Below are positions 42,089 to 56,394 of a stretch of 64,000 bases of DNA, piece by piece. The notes beneath the pieces are model-generated. The model made no database searches. It was not told the DNA's origin and saw only the letters and a list, made by a program, of their open reading frames with translations. This DNA comes from the human T2T-CHM13v2.0 reference genome, Homo sapiens: the NCBI RefSeq assembly GCF_009914755.1, contig NC_060948.1; one strand, given 5' to 3'. Made by a program: the position numbers and the translations under genes. Numbering within the stretch: the first letter of the stretch is position 1; every line of letters begins with the position of its first letter.

Positions 42089-45000
42089 CCTGGAATAAAG
42101 TGGAATGCTACGGTCTCGAATGGAATAAAAATGTATGGAATGGAATGCAATGAAACGGAATCGAATGTCATAGAATGTAATGGAATGCAAAAAAATGGAA
42201 TCCAAAATCATTGACTGGAAAGGCTGGGTGTCGAAAGGAATTGACTCCAATGGAATGGAATCGAATGGAATGGAAGTGAATAGAATCGAACTAAATCGAA
42301 TGGAATGGAATTGATAGGAACGGAATGGAAAGGAATGCAATGATTTGGCATGGAATGGAATCGAATGGCATCGAATGGAATGGAATGGAATGCAATGGAA
42401 TGGAATGTATTAGAATGTAATGAACTTTAATGGAATGTACTCGAATGGATTCGACTGGAATGGAATGTTGTGGAAGTGAATGGACTCCAATGGAATGGAT
42501 TCAAAAGGAATGGAATCGTACGGAATGGAATCTAATGGAATGGAATTAAATGGAAATGAATCAAATTGAATAGCACGGAATTGAATTGAATGGAATGGAA
42601 TGCAATGGAATCTAATGAAACGGAAAGGAAAGGAATGGAATGGAATGGAATGGGCTGGAATGGAAAGGAATCGAAACGAATGGAATGGAATCGAACTGAA
42701 GAGACTGGAATGGAATGCACTGGAATGGAAGGGAGTGTAATGGAAGGTTCTCGAAAAAAATGGAATCGAATGGAATGGAATTGAATGGAACGGAATAGAG
42801 TCGAATGGAATTGAATGGAATGGAATGGACTAGAGTGAAATGGAATCGAACCACAAGGAATGGACAGGAATAGAATGGTCTCGAATTGAATGGAATCGTA
42901 TGGAATGGCATCAAACGGAATGGAATGGACAGCCACGGAATGGAATGCACTCGAATGCAATGGAGTCGAAACTAATGGACTGGAATAGAATGGACTCGAC
43001 TGGTACGGACTCCAATGGAATGGAATCGAATGGAAGGGAATCGAACGGAATGGACTCGAAGGGAAAAGACTGCAATGGAAAGGTCTCGAATGGAATGGAA
43101 ATTAATGGAATGGAATGGAATCGAATGAAATGGAGTCAAAAGGAATGGAATCGAATGGCAAGAAATCGAATGTAATGGAATCGCAAGGAATTGATGTGAA
43201 CGGAACGGAATGGAATGGAATCCAAAGGAATGGAATAGAATGGAATGGAATCGAATGGAAAGGACTCGAATGGAAATCACTCGAATAGAATGCAATTTAA
43301 TAAAATAGGATCAAATGTAATGGAATGGAATGGAAAGGAATCGAAACGAAAGGAATGGAGACAGATGGAATGGAATGGAACAGAGAGCAATGGTATAGAA
43401 TGGAATGGAATCATCTGGAATGGAATTGAATGGAATGGAATAATATGAAATGGAATGGAATGGAATGGAACGGAATGCCCTTGAATTAAATGGACTGGAA
43501 TGGAATGGACTCGAACAGAGTGGAATGGAAAGTGTTGAGATAGAATGGAATGGACTCCTTTGGAATGGTGTAGTATGCAATGCAATCGACTGGCAGGGAA
43601 TCAAAAGGAATGTAATGGAATGGATTGGACTGGAATGCAATGGACTCGAATAGATTGGAAACGGAATGCAAAGGAATGGAATGGAATAGTATGGAATGGA
43701 ATGGAAAGGAATGGAGTGGAATAGACTAGAGTGGAATGGAATGGACTGGAAAGCAATGGACTGGAATGGAACTTTCTTGAATGGACTGGAATCAAACGGA
43801 ATGGAATGCAATGCAATCAAATGGCATGGAATAAAATAGAATGAAAGAGAATCAAATGGAATTGAATCGAATGGAATCGAATGGATTGGAAAGGAATAGA
43901 ATGGAATGGAATGGAATTGACTCAAATGGAATGGACTAGAATGGAATGGATTCGAATGGAAGGCAAAGGAATGGAATCTATTGGAATGGACTGTAATGGA
44001 ATGGAATGGAAGGGATTGGAATGGACTCGAATGGAATGGACTGCAATAGAAAGGATTCGAATGGAATGAAAAAGAATTGAATGGAATAGAACAGAATGGA
44101 ATCAAATCGAATGAAATGGAATGGAATAGAAAGGAATGGAATGAAATGGAATGGAAAGGATTCGAATGGAATGCAATCGAATGGAATGGAATCGAACGGA
44201 ATGGAATAAAATGGAAGAAAACTGGCAAGAAATGGAATCGAAATGAATGGAGTGTTATGGAACGGACTCAAAAGGAATTGAATGTAATAGAATGGAGTGG
44301 AGTGGACTCGAATATAATGGACTGGAATGGAATGAAATCACATGGAATGGGAACGAATGGAATGGAATGGAAAGGAATGGAATCGAATGGAAAGGAATCG
44401 AATGGAAGGGAATGAAATTGAATCAACAGGAATGGAAGGGAATAGAATAGACGGTAATGGAATGGACTCGAATAGAATGGACACGAATGCTCAAATTGAA
44501 TGGACTCGAATGGAATGGAAACGAAAGGAATGTCATCGAATGGAATTGAATCGATTGGAATGAAATCGCATAGAATGGAGTGGAATCAAATGGAATTGAA
44601 TCGAAAGGAAAGGAAGCGAATGGACTGAAATGAAATGGAATGGAATTGAATGGAAAGTAATGCAATGGAATAGAATGGAACGAAATTTCACGGAATGGAA
44701 TCAAACTGAATGGAATCAAATCAATGGAATCAAATCAAATGGAATGGAAAGGAATTGAATGGAGTAGATTGGATTGGATGGGATTGGAATGAAATGTACA
44801 GGAAAGGACTCGAATTTCATGAAACGGAATGGAATGAATTGGAACGGAATGGACTCGAATGGAATGGAATGTCATGGAATGGCATCAAATGGAATGGCAT
44901 CAAATGGAATGGAATCGAATGCAATGGAATGCTATGGAATGGAATGGAATGCATTGGAATGGAATGTCCTCTAATGGAATGGATTCGAGTGGAATGGAAT

Positions 45001-45657
45001 CGAATATAATGGAGTCGAATGAAATGGAATTGAAAGGAATGGGATCGAATACAATGGAATATACTGGAATGTAATGTAATGAACTCGAATGTAATTGACT
45101 GGAATGGAATGTACATGAATGGAATGTAATCGAATGGAAAGTAATCCAATGGAATAGAATCTAATGCAATAAAACCGACTCAGATAGAGTAGAATGTAAT
45201 GGAATGGAGTGCAGTGCAATGGAATGGAATGGAACTGAATGTAATGGAATGGAATGGAATGGAATGGAATGGAAAGGAATGGAATGGAATGGGATGGAAT
45301 GGTATGGAATGGATAGTAATGGACTGGAGTGAAATGGACTGGAAAGGAATGGACTCAAATTGAAAGGGCTCGAAAGGAATGGAGTCAAATGGAATGGTCT
45401 GGAATGGAATGAACACGAATGTAATGCAATCCAATAGAATGGAATCGAATGGCATGGAATATAAAGAAATGGAATCGGAGAGAATGGAAACAAATGGTAT
45501 GGAATTGAATGGAATGGAATTGAATGGAATGGGAACGAATGGAGTGAAATTGTATGCAGTAGAAGGGAATAGAATGGAATGCAAGCGAAAGGAAAGGAAT
45601 GGATTGGAATGGAATGGAATTCATTGGAATGGAAGGGAATGTAGTGTAATGGACAGG
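42089..45657 (+). repeat. DYZ1 unit H12, 3569 bp
   Basis: GGCC 42087 to 45656. Confidence 0.9.
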
Positions 45658-48600
45658 CCTGGAATAAAGTGGAATGCTACGGTCTCGAATGGAATAAAAA
45701 TGTATGGAATGGAATGCAATGAAACGGAATCGAATGTCATAGAATGTAATGGAATGCAACAAAATGGAATCCAAAATCATTGACTGGAAAGGCTGGGTGT
45801 CGAAAGGAATTGACTCCAATGGAATGGAATCGAATGGAATGGAAGTGAATAGAATCGAACTAAATCGAATGGAATGGAATTGATAGGAACGGAATGGAAA
45901 GGAATGCAATGATTTGGCATGGAATGGAATCGAATGGCATCGAATGGAATGGAATGGAATGCAATGGAATGGAATGTATTAGAATGTAATGAACTTTAAT
46001 GGAATGTACTCGAATGGATTCGACTGGAATGGAATGTTCTGGAAGTGAATGGACTCCAATGGAATGGATTCCAAAGGAATGGAATCGTACGGAATGGAAT
46101 CTAATGGAATGGAATTAAATGGAAATGAATCAAATTGAATAGCACGGAATTGAATTGAATGGAATGGAATGCAATGGAATCTAATGAAACGGAAAGGAAA
46201 GGAATGGAATGGAATGGAATGGGCTGGAATGGAAAGGAATCGAAACGAATGGAATGGAATCGAACTGAAGAGACTGGAATGGAATGCACTGGAATGGAAG
46301 GGAGTGTAATGGAAGGTTCTCGAAAAAAATGGAATCGAATGGAATGGAATTGAATGGAACGGAATAGAGTCGAATGGAATTGAATGGAATGGAATGGACT
46401 AGAGTGAAATGGAATCGAACCACAAGGAATGGAGAGGAATAGAATGGTCTCGAATTGAATGGAATCGTATGGAATGGCATCAAACGGAATGGAATGGACA
46501 GCCACGGAATGGAATGCACTCGAATGCAATGGAGTCGAAACTAATGGACTGGAATAGAATGGACTCGACTGGTACGGACTCCAATGGAATGGAATCGAAT
46601 GGAAGGGAATCGAACGGAATGGACTCGAAGGGAAAAGACTGCAATGGAAAGGTCTCGAATGGAATGGAAATTAATGGAATGGAATGGAAACGAATGAAAT
46701 GGAGTCAAAAGGAATGCAATCGAATGGCAAGAAATCGAATGTAATGGAATCGCAAGGAATTGATGTGAACGGAACGGAATGGAATGGAATCCAAAGGAAT
46801 GGAATAGAATGGAATGGAATCGAATGGAAAGGACTCGAATGGAAATCACTCGAATAGAATGCAATTTAATAAAATAGGATCAAATGTAATGGAATGGAAT
46901 GGAAAGGAATCGAAACGAAAGGAATGGAGACAGATGGAATGGAATGGAACAGAGAGCAATGGTATAGAATGGAATGGAATCATCTGGAATGGAATTGAAT
47001 GGAATGGAATAATATGAAATGGAATGGAATGGAATGGAATGGAATGCCCTTGAATTAAATGGACTGGAATGGAATGGACTCGAACAGAGTGGAATGGAAA
47101 GTGTTGAGATAGAATGGAATGGACTCCTTTGGAATGGTGTAGTATGCAATGCAATCGACTGGCAGGGAATCAAAAGGAATGTAATGGAATGGACTGGACT
47201 GGAATGCAATGGACTCGAATAGATTGGAAACGGAATGCAAAGGAATGGAATGGAATAGTATGGAATGGAATGGAAAGGAATGGAGTGGAATAGAATAGAG
47301 TGGAATGGAATGGAGTGGAAAGCAATGGACTGGAATGGAACTTTCTTGAATGGACTGGAATCAAACGGAATGGAATGCAATGCAATCAAATGGCATGGAA
47401 TAAAATAGAATGAAAGAGAATCAAATGGAATTGAATCGAATGGAATCGAATGGATTGGAAAGGAATAGAATGGAATGGAATGGAATGGACTCAAATGGAA
47501 TGGACTAGAATGGAATGGATTCGAATGGAAGGCAAAGGAATGGAATCTATTGGAATGGACTGTAATGGAATGGAATGGAAGGGATTGGAATGGACTCGAA
47601 TGGAATGGACTGCAATAGAAAGGATTCGAATGGAATGAAAAAGAATTGAATGGAATAGAACAGAATGGAATCAAATCGAATGAAATGGAATGGAATAGAA
47701 AGGAATGGAATGAAATGGAATGGAAAGGATTCGAATGGAATGCAATCGAATGGAATGGAATCGAACGGAATGGAATAAAATGGAAGAAAACTGGCAAGAA
47801 ATGGAATCGAAATGAATGGAGTGTTATGGAACGGACTCAAAAGGAATTGAATGTAATAGAATGGAGTGGAGTGGACTCGAATATAATGGACTGGAATGGA
47901 ATGAAATCACATGGAATGGGAACGAATGGAATGGAAAGGAATGGAATCGAATGGAAAGGAATCGAATGGAAGGGAATGAAATTGAATCAACAGGAATGGA
48001 AGGGAATAGAATAGACGGTAATGGAATGGACTCGAATAGAATGGACACGAATGCTCAAATTGAATGGACTCGAATGGAATGGAAACGAAAGGAATGTCAT
48101 CGAATGGAATTGAATCGATTGGAATGAAATCGCATAGAATGGAGTGGAATCAAATGGAATTGAATCGAAAGGAAAGGAAGCGAATGGACTGAAATGAAAT
48201 GGAATGGAATTGAATGGAAAGTAATGCAATGGAATAGAATGGAACGAAATTTCACGGAATGGAATCAAACTGAATGGAATCAAATCAATGGAATCAAATC
48301 AAATGGAATGGAAAGGAATTGAATGGAGTAGATTGGATTGGATGGGATTGGAATGAAATGTACTGGAAAGGACTCGAATTTCATGAAACGGAATGGAATG
48401 AATTGGAACGGAATGGACTCGAATGGAATGGAATGTCATGGAATGGCATCAAATGGAATGGCATCAAATGGAATGGAATCGAATGCAATGGAATGCTATG
48501 GAATGGAATGGAATGCATTGGAATGGAATGTCCTCTAATGGAATGGATTCGAGTGGAATGGAATCGAATATAATGGAGTCGAATGAAATGGAATTGAAAG

Positions 48601-49236
48601 GAATGGGATCGAATAGAATGGAATATACTGGAATGTAATGTAATGAACTCGAATGTAATTGAATGGAATGGAATGTACATGAATGGAATGTAATCGAATG
48701 GAAAGTAATCCAATGGAATAGAATCTAATGCAATAAAACCGACTCAGATAGAGTAGAATGTAATGGAATGGAGTGCAGTACAATGGAAGGGAATGGAATT
48801 GAATGCAATAGAATGGAATGGAATGGAATGGAATGGAATGGAATGGAATGGAATGGAATGGAATGGAATGGAATGGGATGGAATGGTATGGAATGGATAG
48901 TAATGGACTGGAGTGAAATGGACTGGAAAGGATTGGACTGAAATTGAAAGGGCTCGAAAGGAATGGAGTCAAATGGAATGGTCTGGAATGGAATGAACAC
49001 GAATGTAAAGCAATCCAATAGAATGGAATCGAATGGCATGGAATATAAAGAAATGGAATCGAAGAGAATGGAAACAAATGGAATGGAATTGAATGGAATG
49101 GAATTGAATGGAATGGGAACGAATGGAGTGAAATTGTATGCAGTAGAAGGGAATAGAATGGAATGCAAGCGAAAGGAAAGGAATGGATTGGAATGGAATT
49201 CATTTGAATGGAAGGGAATGTAGTGTAATGGACAGG
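45658..49236 (+). repeat. DYZ1 unit H13, 3579 bp
   Basis: GGCC 45656 to 49235; -5 near 47930, tract +20, -5 near 49195. Confidence 0.9.
48815..48874 (+). repeat. Longest perfect pentamer run seen, (GGAAT)12, inside the hypervariable tract
   Basis: Direct count of 12 uninterrupted GGAAT followed by GGGAT. Confidence 0.85.
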
Positions 49237-52200
49237 CCTGGAATAAAGTGGAATGCTACGGTCTCGAATGGAATAAAAATATATGGAATGGAATGCAATG
49301 AAACGGAATCGAATGTCATAGAATGTAATGGAATGCAAAAAAATGGAATCCAAAATCATTGACTGGAAAGGCTGGGTGTCGAAAGGAATTGACTCCAATG
49401 GAATGGAATCGAATGGAATGGAAGTGAATAGAATCGAACTAAATCGAATGGAATGGAATTGATAGGAACGGAATGGAAAGGAATGCAATGATTTGGCATG
49501 GAATGGAATCGAATGGCATCGAATGGAATGGAATGGAATGCAATGGAATGGAATGTATTAGAATGTAATGAACTTTAATGGAATGTACTCGAATGGATTC
49601 GACTGGAATGGAATGTTCTGGAAGTGAATGGACTCCAATGGAATGGATTCAAAAGGAATGGAATCGTACGGAATGGAATCTAATGGAATGGAATTAAATG
49701 GAAATGAATCAAATTGAATAGCACGGAATTGAATTGAATGGAATGGAATGCAATGGAATCTAATGAAACGGAAAGGAAAGGAATGGAATGGAATGGAATG
49801 GGCTGGAATGGAAAGGAATCGAAACGAATGGAATGGAATCGAACTGAAGAGACTGGAATGGAATGCACTGGAATGGAAGGGAGTGTAATGGAAGGTTCTC
49901 GAAAAAAATGGAATGGAATGGAATGGAATTGAATGGAACGGAATAGAGTCGAATGGAATTGAATGGAATGGAATGGACTAGAGTGAAATGGAATCGAACC
50001 ACAAGGAATGGACAGGAATAGAATGGTCTCGAATTGAATGGAATCGTATGGAATGGCATCAAACGGAATGGAATGGACAGCCACGGAATGGAATGCACTC
50101 GAATGCAATGGAGTCGAAACTAATGGACTGGAATAGAATGGACTCGACTGGTACGGACTCCAATGGAATGGAATCGAATGGAAGGGAATCGAACGGAATG
50201 GACTCGAAGGGAAAAGACTGCAATGGAAAGGTCTCGAATGGAATGGAAATTAATGGAATGGAATGGAATCGAATGAAATGGAGTCAAAAGGAATGGAATC
50301 GAATGGCAAGAAATCGAATGTAATGGAATCGCAAGGAATTGATGTGAACGGAACGGAATGGAATGGAATCCAAAGGAATGGAATAGAATGGAATGGAATC
50401 GAATGGAAAGGACTCGAATGGAAATCACTCGAATAGAATGCAATTTAATAAAATAGGATCAAATGTAATTGAATGGAATGGAAAGGAATCGAAACGAAAG
50501 GAATGGAGACAGATGGAATGGAATGGAACAGAGAGCAATGGTATAGAATGGAATGGAATCATCTGGAAAGGAATTGAATGGAATGGAATAATATGAAATG
50601 GAATGGAATGGAATGGAATGGAATGCCCTTGAATTAAATGGACTGGAATGGAATGGACTCGAACAGAGTGGAATGGAAAGTGTTGAGATAGAATGGAATG
50701 GACTCCTTTAGAATGGTGTAGTATGCAATGCAATCGACTGGCAGGGAATCAAAAGGAATGTAATCGAATGGATTGGACTGGAATGCAATGGACTCGAATA
50801 GATTGGAAACGGAATGCAAAGGAATGGAATGGAATAGTATGGAATGGAATGGAAAGGAATGGAGTGGAATAGACTAGAGTGGAATGGAATGGACTGGAAA
50901 GCAATGGACTGGAATGGAACTTTCTTGAATGGACTGGAATCAAACGGAATGGAATGCAATGCAATCAAATGGCATGGAATAAAATAGAATGAAAGAGAAT
51001 CAAATGGAATTGAATCGAATGCAATCGAATGGATTGGAAAGGAATAGAATGGAATGGAATGGAATTGACTCAAATGGAATGGACTAGAATGGAATGGATT
51101 CGAATGGAAGGCAAAGGAATGGAATCTATTGGAATGGACTGTAATGGAATGGAATGGAAGGGATTGCAATGGACTCGAATGCAATGGACTGCAATAGAAA
51201 GGATTCGAATGGAATGAAAAAGAATTGAATGGAATAGAACAGAATGGAATCAAATCGAATGAAATGGAATGGAATAGAAAGGAATGGAATGAAATGGAAT
51301 GGAAAGGATTCGAATGGAATGCAATCGAATGGAATGGAGTCGTACGGAATGGAATAAAATGGAAGAAAACTGGCAAGAAATGGAATCGAAATGAATGGAG
51401 TGTTATGGAACGGACTCAAAAGGAATTGAATGTAATAGAATGGAGTGGAGTGGACTCGAATATAATGGACTGGAATGGAATGAAATCACATGGAATGGGA
51501 ACGAATGGAATGGAATGGAAAGGAATGGAATCGAATGGAAAGGAATCGAATGGAAGGGAATGAAATTGAATCAACAGGAATGGAAGGGAATAGAATAGAC
51601 GGTAATGGAATGGACTCGAATAGAATGGACACGAATGCTCAAATTGAATGGACTCGAATGGAATGGAAACGAAAGGAATGTCATCGAATGGAATTGAATC
51701 GATTGGAATGAAATCGAATAGAATGGAGTGGAATCAAATGGAATTGAATCGAAAGGAAAGGAAGCGAATGGACTGAAATGAAATGGAATGGAATTGAATG
51801 GAAAGTAATGCAATGGAATAGAATGGAACGAAATTTCACGGAATGGAATCAAACTGAATGGAATCAAATCAATGGAATCAAATCAAATGGAATGGAAAGG
51901 AATTGAATGGAGTAGATTGGATTGGATGGGATTGGAATGAAATGTACTGGAAAGGACTCGAATTTCATGAAACGGAATGGAATGAATTGGAACGGAATGG
52001 ACTCGAATGGAATGGAATGTCATGGAATGGCATCAAATGGAATGGCATCAAATGGAATGGAATCGAATGCAATGGAATGCTATGGAATGGAATGGAATGC
52101 ATTGGAATGGAATGTCCTCTAATGGAATGGATTCGAGTGGAATGGAATCGAATATAATGGAGTCGAATGAAATGGAATTGAAAGGAATGGGATCGAATAG

Positions 52201-52815
52201 AATGGAATATACTGGAATGTAATGTAATGAACTCGAATGTAATTGACTGGAATGGAATGTACATGAATGGAATGTAATCGAATGGAAAGTAATCCAATGG
52301 AATAGAATCTAATGCAATAAAACCGACTCAGATAGAGTAGAATGTAATGGAATGGAGTGCAGTACAATGGAAGGGAATGGAATTGAATGCAATAGAATGG
52401 AATGGAATGGAATGGAATGGAATGGAATGGAATGGAATGGAATGGAATGGGATGGAATGGTATGGAATGGATAGTAATGGACTGGAGTGAAATGGACTGG
52501 AAAGGATTGGACTGAAATTGAAAGGGCTCGAAAGGAATGGAGTCAAATGGAATGGTCTGGAATGGAATGAACACGAATGTAAAGCAATCCAATAGAATGG
52601 AATCGAATAGCATGGAATATAAAGAAATGGAATCGAAGAGAATGGAAACAAATGGAATGGAATTGAATGGAATGGAATTGAATGGAATGGGAACGAATGG
52701 AGTGAAATTGTATGCAGTAGAAGGGAATAGAATGGAATGCAAGCGAAAGGAAAGGAATGGATTGGAATGGAATGGAATTCATTGGAATGGAAGGGAATGT
52801 AGTGTAATGGACAGG
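49237..52815 (+). repeat. DYZ1 unit H14, 3579 bp
   Basis: GGCC 49235 to 52814; tract +10. Confidence 0.9.
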
Positions 52816-55800
52816 CCTGGAATAAAGTGGAATGCTACGGTCTCGAATGGAATAAAAATATATGGAATGGAATGCAATGAAACGTAATCGAATGTCATAG
52901 AATGTAATGGAATGCAAAAAAATGGAATCCAAAATCATTGACTGGAAAGGCTGGGTGTCGAAAGGAATTGACTCCAATGGAATGGAATCGAATGGAATGG
53001 AAGTGAATAGAATCGAACTAAATCGAATGGAATGGAATTGATAGGAACGGAATGGAAAGGAATGCAATGATTTGGCATGGAATGGAATCGAATGGCATCG
53101 AATGGAATGGAATGGAATGCAATGGAATGGAATGTATTAGAATGTAATGAACTTTAATGGAATGTACTCGAATGGATTCGACTGGAATGGAATGTTCTGG
53201 AAGTGAATGGACTCCAATGGAATGGATTCAAAAGGAATGGAATCGTACGGAATGGAATCTAATGGAATGGAATTAAATGGAAATGAATCAAATTGAATAG
53301 CACGGAATTGAATTGAATGGAATGGAATGCAATGGAATCTAATGAAACGGAAAGGAAAGGAATGGAATGGAATGGAATGGACTGGAATGGAAAGGAATCG
53401 AAACGAATGAAATGAAATCGAACTGAAGAGACTGGAATGGAATGCACTGGAATGGAAGGGAGTGTAATGGAAGGTTCTCGAAAAAAATGGAATGGAATGG
53501 AATGGAATTGAATGGAACGGAATAGAGTCGAATGGAATTGAATGGAATGGAATGGACTAGAGTGAAATGGAATCGAACCACAAGGAATGGACAGGAATAG
53601 AATGGTCTCGAATTGAATGGAATCGTATGGAATGGCATCAAACGGAATGGAATGGACAGCCACGGAATGGAATGCACTCGAATGCAATGGAGTCGAAACT
53701 AATGGAATGGAATAGAATGGACTCGACTGGTACGGACTCCAATGGAATGGAATCGAATGGAAGGGAATCGAACGGAATGGACTCGAAGGGAAAAGACTGC
53801 AATGGAAAGGTCTCGAATGGAATGGAAATTAATGGAATGGAATGGAATCGAATGAAATGGAGTCAAAAGGAATGGAATCGAATGGCAAGAATTCGAATGT
53901 AATGGAATCGCAAGGAATTGATGTGAACGGAACGGAATGGAATGGAATCCAAAGGAATGGAATAGAATGGAATGGAATCGAATGGAAAGGACTCGAATGG
54001 AAATCACTCGAATAGAATGCAATTTAATAAAATAGGATCAAATGTAATTGAATGGAATGGAAAGGAATCGAAACGAAAGGAATGGAGACAGATGGAATGG
54101 AATGGAACAGAGAGCAATGGTATAGAATGGAATGGAATCATCTGGAAAGGAATTGAATGGAATGGAATAATATGAAATGGAATGGAATGGAATGGAATGG
54201 AATGCCCTTGAATTAAATGGACTGGAATGGAATGGACTCGAACAGAGTGGAATGGAAAGTGTTGAGATAGAATGGAATGGACTCCTTTGGAATGGTGTAG
54301 TATGCAATGCAATCGACTGGCAGGGAATCAAAAGGAATGTAATGGAATGGATTGGACTGGAATGCAATGGACTCGAATAGATTGGAAACGGAATGCAAAG
54401 GAGTGGAATGGAATAGTATGGAATGGAATGGAAAGGAATGGAGTGGAATAGACTAGAGTGGAATGGAATGGACTGGAAAGCAATGGACTGGAATGGAACT
54501 TTCTTGAATGGACTGGAATCAAACGGAATGGAATGCAATGCAATCAAATGGCATGGAATAAAATAGAATGAAAGAGAATCAAATGGAATTGAATCGAATG
54601 GAATCGAATGGATTGGAAAGGAATAGAATGGAATGGAATGGAATTGACTCAAATGGAATGGACTAGAATGGAATGGATTCGAATGGAAGGCAAAGGAATG
54701 GAATCTATTGGAATGGACTGTAATGGAATGGAATGGAAGGGATTGGAATGGACTCGAATGCAATGGACTGCAATAGAAAGGATTCGAATGGAATGAAAAA
54801 GAATTGAATGGAATAGAACAGAATGGAATCAAATCGAATGAAATGGAATGGAATAGAAAGGAATGGAATGAAATGGAATGGAAAGGATTCGAATGGAATG
54901 CAATCGAATGGAATGGAATCGAACGGAATGGAATAAAATGGAAGAAAACTGGCAAGAAATGGAATCGAAATGAATGGAGTGTTATGGAACGGACTCAAAA
55001 GGAATTGAATGTAATAGAATGGAGTGGAGTGGACTCGAATATAATGGACTGGAATGGAATGAAATCACATGGAATGGGAACGAATGGAATGGAATGGAAA
55101 GGAATGGAATCGAATGGAAAGGAATCGAATGGAAGGGAATGAAATTGAATCAACAGGAATGGAAGGGAATAGAATAGACGGTAATGGAATGGACTCGAAT
55201 AGAATGGACAGGAATGCTCAAATTGAATGGACTCGAATGGAATGGAAACGAAAGGAATGTCATCGAATGGAATTGAATCGATTGGAATGAAATCGTATAG
55301 AATGGAGTGGAATCAAATGGAATTGAATCGAAAGGAAAGGAAGCAAATGGACTGAAATGAAATGGAATGGAATTGAATGGAAAGTTATGTAATGGAATAG
55401 AATGGAACGAAATTTCACGGAATGGAATCAAACTGAATGGAATCAAATCAATGGAATCAAATCAAATGGAATGGATAGGAATTGAATGGAGTAGATTGGA
55501 TTGGATGGGATTGGAATGAAATGTACTGGAAAGGACTCGAATTTCATGAAACGGAATGGAATGAATTGGAACGGAACGGACTGGAATGGAGTGGAATGTC
55601 ATGGAATGGCATCAAATGGAATGGCATCAAATGGAATGGAATCGAATGCAATGGAATGCTATGGAATGGAATGGAATGCATTGGAATGGAATGTCCTCTA
55701 ATGGAATGGATTCGAGTGGAATGGAATCGAATATAATGGAGTCGAATGAAATGGAATTGAAAGGAATGGGATCGAATATAATGGAATATACTGGAATGTA

Positions 55801-56394
55801 ATGTAATGAACTCGAATGTAATTGACTGGAATGGAATGTACATGAATGGAATGTAATCGAATGGAAAGTAATCCAATGGAATAGAATCTAATGCAATAAA
55901 ATCGACTCAGATAGAGTAGAATGTAATGGAATGGAGTGCAGTGCAATGGAATGGAAAGGAATGGAATGCAATGGAATGGAATGGAATTGAATGCAATGGA
56001 ATGGAATGGAATGGAATGGAATGGAATGGGATGGAATGGTATGGAATGGATAGTAATGGACTGGAGTGAAATGGACTGGAAAGGAATGGACTCAAATTGA
56101 AAGAGCTCGAAAGGAATGGAGTCAAATGGAAGGGTCTGGAATGTAATGAACACGAATGTAATGCAATCCAATAGAATGGAATCGAATGGCATGGAATATA
56201 AAGAAATGGATTCGAAGAGAATGGAAACAAATGGAATGGAATTGAATGGAATGGAATTGAATGGAATGGGAACGAATGGAGTGAAATTGTATGCAGTAGA
56301 AGGGAATAGAATGGAATGCAAGCGAAAGGAAAGGAATGGATTGGAATGGAATGGAATTCATTGGAATGGAAGGGAATGTAGTGTAATGGACAGG
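52816..56394 (+). repeat. DYZ1 unit H15, 3579 bp
   Basis: GGCC 52814 to 56393; tract +10; extra EcoRI site at 53889. Confidence 0.9.
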
